DNA of 64,000 nucleotides from Spirochaetia bacterium (GCA_963662795.1 OY759746.1:1344001-1408000), one strand, 5' to 3'; numbered from the stretch's first letter, positions 10,113 to 19,220 are shown. Translations and numbers: made by a program. The notes: a model not told the origin generated them from the sequence alone.

Positions 10113-11673
10113 CGCTGTTTTCCTTTACATTTCTGGATTCTACAATTTCGCCCTTAAAAATTTTCCTGATAAGATCTATCTGTCCGTTGTTTTCAGAAAC
10201 TTCCTCTGAATCTTCCCTGGAGGCAGGCTGTACATCAATAGTAAAACTGCTGCCCGAGACTTTTTCCAGCTCTTTTTTCACGGCAGATACTTCATTTTTT
10301 ATACAGTCGGCAGAAAATTTATCGGCTATGTATATTTTAACTGTCCTGCCTTTTTTTTCCCACAGCGTTGTCTTTGACAGTGAAGAGGCAAGAAGCATAT
10401 TGCTCTTTTTGAATTTAGCAACAATCGCATCCCGGTAGTCTGTAAGATTCTCTGTTTTTTCTTCGGTCTCTTTAGTTTCCGGACTGCTTCCTCCATTATT
10501 CTCATAATCACCGCTGCTTTTTACCGGAATTTTTTTTATTTCATCCTTGAGCAGCCTGATATTATCAAGAATTTCTTTTTCAGAGAGATATCCTGTCAAA
10601 AAGGAAAGCCTGCTTACAGCAAGCTCAATCTCAAACTGCTGGTTCAGTGAATACCTCAGATTTCTGTAAAGGTCAAGGAGAAGGGAAAGGGCATGCTCGA
10701 TTTTGGGGGAAGAAAATTTTTCAATTACTTTTTCCGAAAATCTTTCGGCAGGAGCACCGAGTATTCCTTCTTTTCTTATACCGTTCTTGATAAGAAGAAT
10801 ATTTCTGAAATATTCGGATAGTTCAATTACAAACTGTTCAGCAGAAATGCCTGTTTTAAGTATCTCCCCGGCAAGACGCAGGGATTCCGAAGAGCTTCCA
10901 TCAGCAAAGCTCATTGCAAGTTCATTGATTTTATCGATACCTACAAGCCCGAGTTTTTCCTTGATTTTTTCTATTGTAATCTTTCCGTCGGAAAATGCCG
11001 CTATCTGGTCATAAAGAGTATATGCATCCCTGAGCGAACCGGTCGCTTCCTTTGCAATCCAGAACAGCGCCTCGTCACCGGCATCAATACCGCTTTCTTT
11101 CGCAGCTTCTGAAAGCTTTTCTTTTATTATTTCAAGATCCACAAGACGGAAATTAAACTGCTGACACCTTGATTTTATTGTTGCCGGTACCTTGTGAATC
11201 TCGGTTGTCGCAAAAATAAAAACAATATAAGGAGGAGGTTCTTCAATAGTTTTAAGCAGGGCGTTAAAAGCGCTGTTTGACAGCATATGGACTTCATCGA
11301 TGATATAAACCTTGTAGCGTGAGCTGTTGGGTGCGAAAAGAACTTCATCCCTGATTTCGCGGACATCGTTTACTGAAGTATTTGACGCTCCGTCGATTTC
11401 TATCACATCCAGGGAATTGCCGCGCGCAATGGAAAGACAGCTCCCGCATTTGCCGCACGGGTTTTCCGAAGGCCATTTTTCACAATTGATTGCTTTTGCA
11501 AGGACACGCGCCGCAGATGTTTTTCCCACACCTCTCGGCCCTGAAAAAAGATAGGAATGAGCTATTTTTCCGTTTACTACCGATTTTCTGAGGCTTGTTG
11601 CTACAAAATCCTGTCCTGAGATTTCGTCGAATGTGGAAGGTCTTTTTCTGGTTGCCGTAACTTCATATGCCAT
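10102..11673 (-). CDS. dnaX: DNA polymerase III subunit gamma/tau
   Basis: GPRGVGKT, EIDGASNT, IDEVHML, TIKSRC. Confidence 0.97.
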   Translation of the reverse strand: MAYEVTATRKRPSTFDEISGQDFVATSLRKSVVNGKIAHSYLFSGPRGVGKTSAARVLAKAINCEKWPSENPCGKCGSCLSIARGNSLDVIEIDGASNTSVNDVREIRDEVLFAPNSSRYKVYIIDEVHMLSNSAFNALLKTIEEPPPYIVFIFATTEIHKVPATIKSRCQQFNFRLVDLEIIKEKLSEAAKESGIDAGDEALFWIAKEATGSLRDAYTLYDQIAAFSDGKITIEKIKEKLGLVGIDKINELAMSFADGSSSESLRLAGEILKTGISAEQFVIELSEYFRNILLIKNGIRKEGILGAPAERFSEKVIEKFSSPKIEHALSLLLDLYRNLRYSLNQQFEIELAVSRLSFLTGYLSEKEILDNIRLLKDEIKKIPVKSSGDYENNGGSSPETKETEEKTENLTDYRDAIVAKFKKSNMLLASSLSKTTLWEKKGRTVKIYIADKFSADCIKNEVSAVKKELEKVSGSSFTIDVQPASREDSEEVSENNGQIDLIRKIFKGEIVESRNVKENSDEY

Positions 11674-11692
11674 ATTTGATTATTTATTAAAA

Positions 11693-11806
11693 CCTTCAGT
11701 CTGTAAAGCTGTCTGCGGCACACAGCCGGTCACTTACCGCTGCTACCTTCCGGTCCTGACGGGTTTGGGCGACAGACAGTTGCGCAGTGCCTTACAGAAC
11801 TGAAGG
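11693..11806 (-). ncRNA. ffs: Signal recognition particle RNA (small bacterial type); ends approximate
   Basis: Minus strand has the domain IV core GUCAGGACCGGAAGGUAGCAGC inside a long helix whose termini pair. Confidence 0.93.
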
Positions 11807-11810
11807 AATA

Positions 11811-11898
11811 CGGAGAGATAGGGATTCGAACCCTAGGTACCCGGTTAGAGTACATACGCTTTCCAAGCGTACTCCTTCGGCCTCTCGGACATCTCTCC
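11811..11898 (-). tRNA. tRNA-Ser(GGA)
   Basis: Cloverleaf, anticodon loop TTGGAAA, long variable arm, GGTTCGAATCC; CCA not encoded. Confidence 0.96.
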
Positions 11899-11915
11899 AG
11901 GTTTGCATCATCTAT

Positions 11916-12003
11916 CGGAGAGAGAGGGATTCGAACCCTCGGAACTGAAAAACAGTTCAACGGATTTCGAGTCCGCCCGATTCAACCACTCTCGCATCTC
12001 TCC
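11916..12003 (-). tRNA. tRNA-Ser(CGA)
   Basis: Anticodon loop CTCGAAA, long variable arm. Confidence 0.96.
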
Positions 12004-12011
12004 TTCCGATT

Positions 12012-12085
12012 CGTACCCAAGAGGATTCGAACCTCCGACCTTTAGATCCGCAATCTAATGCTCTATCCAGCTGAGCTATGGGTAC
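12012..12085 (-). tRNA. tRNA-Arg(GCG)
   Basis: Stem TTAGA/TCTAA with loop TTGCGGA. Confidence 0.95.
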
Positions 12086-12121
12086 CTGATAACCACATTA
12101 GGAAATCTTACAGAAAAAAAA

Positions 12122-12209
12122 CGGAGAGGGAGGGATTCGAACCCTCGGTACCCTTTAGAGGTACAACTCCTTAGCAGGGAGCCCGATTCGGCCGCTCTCG
12201 CACCTCTCC
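12122..12209 (-). tRNA. tRNA-Ser(GCT)
   Basis: Anticodon loop CTGCTAA, long variable arm. Confidence 0.96.
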
Positions 12210-12229
12210 AGTTTTGTAAAATTATTTTT

Positions 12230-12314
12230 CGGAGAAGGTGGGATTCGAACCCACGGACGCTCGCACGTCAACGGTTTTCAAGACCGCCTCCTTAAACCGC
12301 TCGGACACCTCTCC
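12230..12314 (-). tRNA. tRNA-Ser(TGA)
   Basis: Anticodon loop CTTGAAA, long variable arm. Confidence 0.96.
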
Positions 12315-12333
12315 ATTATCAATTGGTCAATGA

Positions 12334-12362
12334 AATATATCGGAATCTCCTTTATTTGTCAA
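12334..12362 (-). promoter_or_regulatory. Promoter of the tRNA-ffs-dnaX cluster
   Basis: TTGACA-17 nt-TATATT about 20 nt before tRNA-Ser(TGA). Confidence 0.8.
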
Positions 12363-12434
12363 CAAAACCAGTCAGCCGCGGTGTTTATTCATCAGGAGAG
12401 TTTCAGGATTTAAAAACATCAGTCAACAGGTGTA

Positions 12435-15400
12435 TTAAACGATCGTATTCCGGCCTTTTTCCTTTGCCTTGTACAGATTTTTATCTGCTTCTGCAAGAAT
12501 CTGGTTAGGATTATCAGCTTTAAATCCTTTTGTACATGCAATTCCTATACTGACAGTCAGATAGCCGCTTCCCCCTTCGACACCTTTATTGGCTATTTTC
12601 TTTTTTCCAAGCAGAGTTCTTATTTTATTCGCGACATATTTTGCCCCTTCCTTTTCCGTATCAACAAGGAGGAGGGCAAACTCCTCACCTCCATACCGGA
12701 ATACGCTGTCTGTCTTTCTGCTGACTGCGTCAAGTATTACCTCGGCAACCTCTTTAAGACATCTGTCTCCCTCGATATGACCATAGGTATCGTTGAATAT
12801 TTTAAAATAATCGATATCAAGCATAATAATTGCGAAATTAATATTGGTCCTGGTATAAATATCCCACAGATTCTCAATAACTTCATTAAAGTGTTTTCTG
12901 TTATGGACCCCTGTAAGGCTGTCATGGCGGGTCTGTTTATCCAGTTTAAGGTTTACTTCTTCAAGCTCATCCTTTAACCGGCTTACCTCCTCAAGTCTCT
13001 TCTGGGCCTCTTTTCCCCTTATTATCATAATTATTCCATAAAACAGAGTCGAGACAAGGAGGAAATAGAATAAGTATGCCAAAGGAGTATCATAAAAAGG
13101 GGGGATTATATTTATTGAAAGAAAAGCCTCATTGGTACTCCAGTAGCCGCTGCTGTTTGTGCCGGTAACCCTGAATTTATACCTGCCGGGAGGAATTGAA
13201 GTATAACTGGCAAAATTTCTTTCTCCGGAAAATATCCAGCCGCGGTCAAATCCCTCAAGCATATATTTATATTTTCTTCCCGAAGGAAAGGTGTAATCAA
13301 TTGAGGTAAAATCAAAAGAGATATAGTTTTCATCCCATTTAAGACTTATTCCATCTTCGGAAAAAATATTTTTTCCGTAAATTTCAATATACGGCCTGTC
13401 AAATATTTTAAGATCTGTGATAATTATTTCAGGAACAAATGTATTTAAATAATAAAATGATGTGTCAAGCTTGTAGATTTCCCCTGTTGCAGTGACATAG
13501 ATGTTGCCATTGTGATCTGCTGCGACTCCCCCTTTAAAATCAACTCCGCTTAATCCGAACTGATAAGTCAGACTTGTCACTGTGGTAAACTTATTCTCCG
13601 GCTTTCTTTCGATAAGGGATATGCCTTTTAAAGTCACCGCGATTATATTTTCTTTCTGATCCTCAACAATCCCTATCACGGTATTATGCTCAAGGCCGTC
13701 TTTTTTATTAAAATTGTAGAAATTCCCCTGTTCCCTGTTAAAGAGGGAAAGCCCCCCCCCTGTCGTACCGATCCAGATATTCCCTGTCGTATCACAGAAC
13801 AGCACCCTGGCGCTGTCATGGCAGAGTGAGTTGAGGTCAGACACATTGTGGTAATAGTTTTTTATTTCTCCTGTTTCATTATCATAGCGGTTAAGTCCGT
13901 TATTCGTTCCTATCCAGACATCTCCCGATTTATCACTGGCGACAGAATAAATCATATTGTCGGAGATCCTCGTCCCCACCGGTGAATCCACAGTATAGTG
14001 AGCAGTCTCACCTGATCCCATATCCCAGACATAAATGCCGTTATTGTAGGTCCCCAGCCAGAGCCTGCCATCAATATCTTCGGTAACCGCATAGAAAATC
14101 TCATTAGAACGATATGCGGGATCAGGATCTGCTCCTTTAATGAGTTTTGTCACTGTTTCCCCGGTAAAGTAGAAATGTTCGAATATATTTCCCCCGGCAT
14201 CGAATCTGTCCAGTCCCGAATTTGTCAGTATCCATATATTCTTTCTGCTGTCTATAAAAATGGAATTGATTACGTTATCACTGATGGAATTAAAATTATC
14301 AGGATCATTCACAAAATGACTTATCCTTCTGTTTTTTATATCATAGATATATAATCCGGTGTTGTAGGACCCTATCCAGAGATTTTCATCCTGATCTATT
14401 GTAATGAATTTGAATCTGTCATTGCCTATGCTTCCGGGATTTCCGGTAAAATACAGGAACCTGTTATCGTTTTGCAGCAGATTTAGTTTGTTCACACCGC
14501 CGCCGTTTGTTCCAATCCATATAAGACCGGATTTATCTTCAAAAAAGGAATAAACAATATCATTGCTAAGTGAATATTTATTTTCATTGCTGAAAACAAA
14601 ATTTGACGGACTGTTTTCCTTAATATCATCAAGACTGTCAAAATAGAACAGCCCTCCGCCCCATGACCCTGCCCAGATATGATTTTTACTGTCTTTATTA
14701 ATATTATAGATCCTGTTGTCACTAAGCAGGCGGCTGTAATATTCTCCGGTTTCGGTATTAAATACAACAACTCCCCGGCCCCAGGTTCCGACAACAATAG
14801 TCCCGGGCGTAATCTCAGCAATAGACATTGCGGCAAAACCCTCACTTTTGGCTTTGCCCCGGGTATTTTCTCCAAGAAAATTATCAAATTTATTTCTGTT
14901 ATATCTTGAAATGCCGTTATAGGTGGCAATCCACACCCTCCCGTCCGAATCACAGAGGATATCGCGGACCGATTTGTGAGGCAGTGATTCAGGGTTTCCC
15001 TCGTCATGATTATATAGATCAGACTCGCCTGATTTCCAGTTTATCCTTATAAGCCCGTCAAGTGTCCCTATCCAGTAGTTCCCGGCCATGTCTTTTTCTA
15101 TGGCAGTAATTACGCCAAGTGATATTTTTTCAAGGGCCGCGGGATTATCATTAAGGACCGGGTAGCTTAACCGTTCAGTAACAGGATCGAGGATGCATAC
15201 ACCCCTGTATGTGCCGAGCCATATAAGATCTTCAGTTTCATCATAGTATATAGTCTGAATCAGGTTGTGCGGCAGAGATTCAGGGTTAAACGGCTCATGC
15301 TCAAAAAGGCGGAATGTTTTACCGTCATACCGGTTAAAGCCATCCTGGGTAGCAAACCAGATGAAACCCCTTTTATCCTGAATAACTCCTGAGACGCTGT

Positions 15401-15521
15401 TTCCCGCAAGGCCGTCGCGGCTGTCAATCCTGTCAAACCTGAAATCAAGAGAATGAATATCAGAGGCAGCAAATATTAATATTAATAAAAATAAGACGCT
15501 ATATTTATTTTTTTGTGTCAT
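12435..15521 (-). CDS. Beta-propeller (Reg_prop) plus Y_Y_Y sensor diguanylate cyclase (start probably ATG 15521)
   Basis: Repeated D..G.IWIGT..GL blades, YKYMLEGFD..W/PPGRYKFRV, TM helix, RKTD I-site, GGEEF. Confidence 0.92.
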   Translation of the reverse strand: MTQKNKYSVLFLLILIFAASDIHSLDFRFDRIDSRDGLAGNSVSGVIQDKRGFIWFATQDGFNRYDGKTFRLFEHEPFNPESLPHNLIQTIYYDETEDLIWLGTYRGVCILDPVTERLSYPVLNDNPAALEKISLGVITAIEKDMAGNYWIGTLDGLIRINWKSGESDLYNHDEGNPESLPHKSVRDILCDSDGRVWIATYNGISRYNRNKFDNFLGENTRGKAKSEGFAAMSIAEITPGTIVVGTWGRGVVVFNTETGEYYSRLLSDNRIYNINKDSKNHIWAGSWGGGLFYFDSLDDIKENSPSNFVFSNENKYSLSNDIVYSFFEDKSGLIWIGTNGGGVNKLNLLQNDNRFLYFTGNPGSIGNDRFKFITIDQDENLWIGSYNTGLYIYDIKNRRISHFVNDPDNFNSISDNVINSIFIDSRKNIWILTNSGLDRFDAGGNIFEHFYFTGETVTKLIKGADPDPAYRSNEIFYAVTEDIDGRLWLGTYNNGIYVWDMGSGETAHYTVDSPVGTRISDNMIYSVASDKSGDVWIGTNNGLNRYDNETGEIKNYYHNVSDLNSLCHDSARVLFCDTTGNIWIGTTGGGLSLFNREQGNFYNFNKKDGLEHNTVIGIVEDQKENIIAVTLKGISLIERKPENKFTTVTSLTYQFGLSGVDFKGGVAADHNGNIYVTATGEIYKLDTSFYYLNTFVPEIIITDLKIFDRPYIEIYGKNIFSEDGISLKWDENYISFDFTSIDYTFPSGRKYKYMLEGFDRGWIFSGERNFASYTSIPPGRYKFRVTGTNSSGYWSTNEAFLSINIIPPFYDTPLAYLFYFLLVSTLFYGIIMIIRGKEAQKRLEEVSRLKDELEEVNLKLDKQTRHDSLTGVHNRKHFNEVIENLWDIYTRTNINFAIIMLDIDYFKIFNDTYGHIEGDRCLKEVAEVILDAVSRKTDSVFRYGGEEFALLLVDTEKEGAKYVANKIRTLLGKKKIANKGVEGGSGYLTVSIGIACTKGFKADNPNQILAEADKNLYKAKEKGRNTIV

Positions 15522-15559
15522 ATCTGTTTTTAAAAGAGGCAAAACCCGGGAGACCGGTC

Positions 15560-16156
15560 TTATAGCTTGATTTCTTTTCTGAGAAGATAATCACTGAAAC
15601 CGCATCTGTTAAGAAGTTTCTGAAATTTTTCAATATCATCCTTCTCAATACCTGAAAGAACAACCCTGTAAATGCCGGACTCTGTTTTCTCAACTTCCGG
15701 CTGCATCCCTTCTTTTTCAAGGCGGAGAACAGTTTTTTCAACATTGCTGATATTACTATATGCAGCAATTTGTATTTTGTAAACATAATCGGCTGATTTC
15801 TCTCCGTTGCCCTCAACAATCTCAATGCTTACCCTTGCCACACCCGATTCAATCATCCCGATATCCCTGGCTGCCGCAAAAGAAAGATCGATTATCCTGT
15901 TTTCAACAAAAGGTCCGCGGTCGTTTACCCGGACAATTGTAGATTTCCCGTTATCAAGATTTGTAACCCTGAGGACTGTATCGAAGGGAAGTGTTTTATG
16001 GGCCGCCGTATATTTGTATGTATCAAATGTTTCTCCGTTTGCAGTTTTCCTGCCGTGAAATTTTCCACCGTACCAGGAAGCATAACCGGGCTGTCCCGCA
16101 GACAAGGTGATTGAAACCAGAATAAACAGCATTAATGAAAGAAATGTCTTTTTCAT
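15560..16156 (-). CDS. rlpA: Septal ring lytic transglycosylase RlpA with SPOR domain
   Basis: ASWYG..FHGRKTANGE, VNDRGPF, IIDLS; C-terminal IQIAAYS. Confidence 0.92.
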   Translation of the reverse strand: MKKTFLSLMLFILVSITLSAGQPGYASWYGGKFHGRKTANGETFDTYKYTAAHKTLPFDTVLRVTNLDNGKSTIVRVNDRGPFVENRIIDLSFAAARDIGMIESGVARVSIEIVEGNGEKSADYVYKIQIAAYSNISNVEKTVLRLEKEGMQPEVEKTESGIYRVVLSGIEKDDIEKFQKLLNRCGFSDYLLRKEIKL

Positions 16157-16237
16157 CCCATTTATTATCGGCGGCTGCCCTAATCTTTTAAATGATTATT
16201 GAATAAGGAGATAATTTCCCTGTATACTCACTTTATC

Positions 16238-17854
16238 ATGACAACTATTAAAAACTCGTTTCATTGGGCAGATATAAATGCTGATAAAATTATAAGGGAA
16301 AGAAAAAAACTGTTTGATTCCGGAAAAGACGCTTTTGTCTGCGCGTCAGGAATAACACCTTCAGGAACAGTTCACATAGGAAATTTCAGGGAAATTATTT
16401 CAGTTGAACTTGTTGTGCGCGCGCTAAGGGACAAGGGAGAGAAAGTGCGGTTTATTTATTCCTGGGATGACTATGATGTATTCAGAAAAGTCCCCGCAAA
16501 CATGCCTGACAGGGAGAGTCTCGAAAAATACTTAAGATTTCCGATCACAATGGTGCCGGACCCATGGGGCAAAGAAGAAAGTTATGCAAGAGCAAACGAG
16601 GCGGAGCTTGAATCGCTTCTTCCTGCTGTCGGAGTATATCCGGATTACATATATCAGGCCGCAAAATACAGAAAATCCGAATACGCACAGGGGATTAAAA
16701 CAGCTCTTGAAAAGAAGGATGAGATAAGAAAGATTCTGGACGAACACAGGACCTCTCCCCTTGATAAAGACTGGATACCGGTTTCTGTTTTCTGCAATAA
16801 ATGCAGCAAAGATACTACCAGGGTTGAGGGATGGGACAGGGAATGGGGCATAAGCTACACCTGCACTTCATGCGGGAACAGTGAGACAGTGGATTTGAGG
16901 GAAACGGCTTGCGCAAAACTTCCCTGGAGAATTGACTGGCCGATGAGATGGAAGCACGAAAGGGTTGATTTTGAACCGGCAGGCAAGGACCACCATTCGG
17001 AAGGGGGATCATTCGATACTGCCGAACGCATATCCAAAGATATATTTGATCACGAACCGCCTGTAACATTCCAGTATGATTTTTTAAGCATAAAGGGCAG
17101 GGGCGGCAAGATATCTTCCTCAAGCGGGGAGGTAATAAGCCTCAGGGATGTTCTTGAAATCTACCAGCCTGAAATTGTAAGATACATGTTCGCGGGAACA
17201 AGGCCCAACACGGAATTCGCAATATCCTTCGACCTTGATGTAATCAAGATATATGAAGACTATGACAAATGCGAAAGAATATATTTCGGGGTTGAACCTG
17301 TAAACGAGAAAAAGGCTGACAAGGAAAAAAGAATATTTGAGCTTTCGCAGGTACAGGATCTGCCGGATGAGATTTCATACCAGATCCCGTTCAGGCACCT
17401 GTGCAATCTGCTTCAGATCCAGTCGGGCGATATCGAAGCGGTCATAGCATCACTTCCTGATATAAGCGAAAAACAGAAAGAGAAACTGCGGGTAAGGTCC
17501 AAATGCGCATGGAACTGGATAAGGGATTTTGCGCCTGAGGATTTCAGGTTTGAGCTTAATATACACGACGGGACAGCAGAACACCCGGGAGATATTCCTG
17601 AAGATTTTGACAGGGAAACTTCCATAAAGGTTCTGAATCTGGTTGCAGAAGAAGTTAGGCAGCTTGAAAAGCATACTGAAACCACGCTTGCTGAAGCGAT
17701 TTACGCCGCGGCAGGGGAGTGTTCAATGGAGCCGAAAGATCTTTTCAGGCTGATTTATACAGTTCTTATAGGAAAGGAAAAAGGGCCCCGTCTTGCGGGT
17801 TTTATAATGGCGGCGGGAAAGGAAAAAATCCTCCCCATACTGGAAAAATATTGA
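16238..17854 (+). CDS. lysS: Class I lysyl-tRNA synthetase (start ATG 16238)
   Basis: HWAD, SGITPSGTVHIGN, KLPWRIDWPMRW, GKDH, KISSS, GPRL. Confidence 0.97.
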   Translation: MTTIKNSFHWADINADKIIRERKKLFDSGKDAFVCASGITPSGTVHIGNFREIISVELVVRALRDKGEKVRFIYSWDDYDVFRKVPANMPDRESLEKYLRFPITMVPDPWGKEESYARANEAELESLLPAVGVYPDYIYQAAKYRKSEYAQGIKTALEKKDEIRKILDEHRTSPLDKDWIPVSVFCNKCSKDTTRVEGWDREWGISYTCTSCGNSETVDLRETACAKLPWRIDWPMRWKHERVDFEPAGKDHHSEGGSFDTAERISKDIFDHEPPVTFQYDFLSIKGRGGKISSSSGEVISLRDVLEIYQPEIVRYMFAGTRPNTEFAISFDLDVIKIYEDYDKCERIYFGVEPVNEKKADKEKRIFELSQVQDLPDEISYQIPFRHLCNLLQIQSGDIEAVIASLPDISEKQKEKLRVRSKCAWNWIRDFAPEDFRFELNIHDGTAEHPGDIPEDFDRETSIKVLNLVAEEVRQLEKHTETTLAEAIYAAAGECSMEPKDLFRLIYTVLIGKEKGPRLAGFIMAAGKEKILPILEKY

Positions 17855-17905
17855 AAATTATCGGAATAAAATGGAAAAAGGGAGAGATCTGATATAGAGA
17901 GATAT

Positions 17906-18838
17906 TTACCCCTGGTTTATAAGCCCTTTAAGCAGATTTCCTTTTTTTCTCCAGTTTTTATTTACCTTTACGCGGAGGTCAAGCGTAACAGGATAAGGAA
18001 AGATACCTTTTATTTCCCTTTTCGCGGCAACCTTTATCGCCCTTATCTTCTCGCCGGCAGAACCGACCAGAATACCTTTCTGGGATTCACTTTCAACAAC
18101 AAGAAAAGCCCTTACCCACAGCTGCTCGTCCGGAGGCGTGCCGTTCATCTCGATGTCGGCAATTTCAACATACATGCTGTGGGGAACTTCCTCCCTGGTT
18201 CTGTTTATCGCTTTTTCTCTTATTATTTCGCTTATCCTGAATGAGACATCCTGGTCTGTGTAAATATCGTCAGGATACATCTGCTCCCCTTCAGGGGCGA
18301 ATTCAAACATCGCATTCAGCAGCTCTTCTATGCCGTCCCCTGTCCTCGCAGATACATTTACTACAGCAATATCCCTTTCCCTGTGAATTTTTTTAAGGTT
18401 TTTCCGCAGAAAGTTCCCGAGGCTTTCCAGTGTTATACTTTTATTTGGTTCCGGCAGTTCGAGTGAATCTGTCTTGTTGACAGCCGCCACAATCTTTGTA
18501 TTTACAGCTGAAAGGAATTCAAGTATTTTTTTCTCCTCTTCGCCGGGTTCTCTCATGCAGTCGACAACATACAGGATCATTTCCGCATCATCAACCGCAG
18601 ATTCTGTTATCTGTTTGAGTTCGATATTAAGTTTTTTGTCTGAAAGGTGGTATCCCGGAGTGTCCTGGAATACAAGCTGTCCCCGGCTTTCAGTATAAAC
18701 GCCCCTGATAATATTTCTTGTAGTCTGGGGAGATCTTGATACAATTGAGACTTTGTGTCCGCATATCTGATTTATAAGTGTGGATTTGCCGGAGGAAGGC
18801 CGTCCCGCCAGCGTAACAAAAGATGATTTCATTGTCAT
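17906..18838 (-). CDS. era: GTPase Era
   Basis: GRPSSGKST, PQTTRN, DTPG, NKTD, EEVPHS, KH domain. Confidence 0.95.
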   Translation of the reverse strand: MTMKSSFVTLAGRPSSGKSTLINQICGHKVSIVSRSPQTTRNIIRGVYTESRGQLVFQDTPGYHLSDKKLNIELKQITESAVDDAEMILYVVDCMREPGEEEKKILEFLSAVNTKIVAAVNKTDSLELPEPNKSITLESLGNFLRKNLKKIHRERDIAVVNVSARTGDGIEELLNAMFEFAPEGEQMYPDDIYTDQDVSFRISEIIREKAINRTREEVPHSMYVEIADIEMNGTPPDEQLWVRAFLVVESESQKGILVGSAGEKIRAIKVAAKREIKGIFPYPVTLDLRVKVNKNWRKKGNLLKGLINQG

Positions 18839-18928
18839 TTGATACTCCAATCAGGCTATTTATTCAAGTTCAAAGAGATATAACAGGACAGAAACTGCAT
18901 GAAACCGGAAATATAAAGATTTAAAAAT

Positions 18929-18955
18929 AAAAAAGCCGGTCTTTTGCCGGCTTTT
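18929..18955. terminator. Intrinsic terminator, potentially bidirectional
   Basis: AAAAAAGCCGGT-cttt-TGCCGGCTTTT. Confidence 0.75.
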
Positions 18956-19185
18956 GAAAGCTGTCAGGGTTTTTAAGGCTGATCAGCTCACACATTTTAA
19001 AAAATACTATAAGCCAAAAGGCTTTTTTATAAACATCATTAAAAGGTTCTGCCGGCATTGCCGGCGAATCACATCTGGCGGCAGCATCATCAGACCTCCC
19101 GTTGTATAAATATTAAAAATCAATTTTCATCAATCTGCATCCGGATTCCATCCGGCCTCCCTCTACGATGCAGATGCAATTCCTA
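18929..19185 (-). ncRNA. Candidate small RNA or micro-ORF transcript (unassigned)
   Basis: Bounded by a promoter at 19192-19220 and the terminator at 18929-18955; internal hairpins; no long ORF. Confidence 0.45.
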
Positions 19186-19191
19186 TTAATA

Positions 19192-19220
19192 AATTTAAAA
19201 CATTAAATTAAATTTGTCAA
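19192..19220 (-). promoter_or_regulatory. Sigma-70 type promoter firing into the era-clpP spacer
   Basis: TTGACA-17 nt-TAAATT. Confidence 0.6.

Noticed and set aside
11730-11960. 76-aa ORF with repeated PRVRIP
   Set aside because: Translation of tRNA T-arms and SRP RNA, not a protein
16238-17854. Class I LysRS as a sign of recent archaeal transfer
   Set aside because: Class I LysRS is the established type in many spirochaetes
18929-19185. tmRNA, RNase P RNA or 6S identity for the era-clpP RNA
   Set aside because: No tRNA-like ends, no RNase P P4 motif, and the termini do not pair into a single rod
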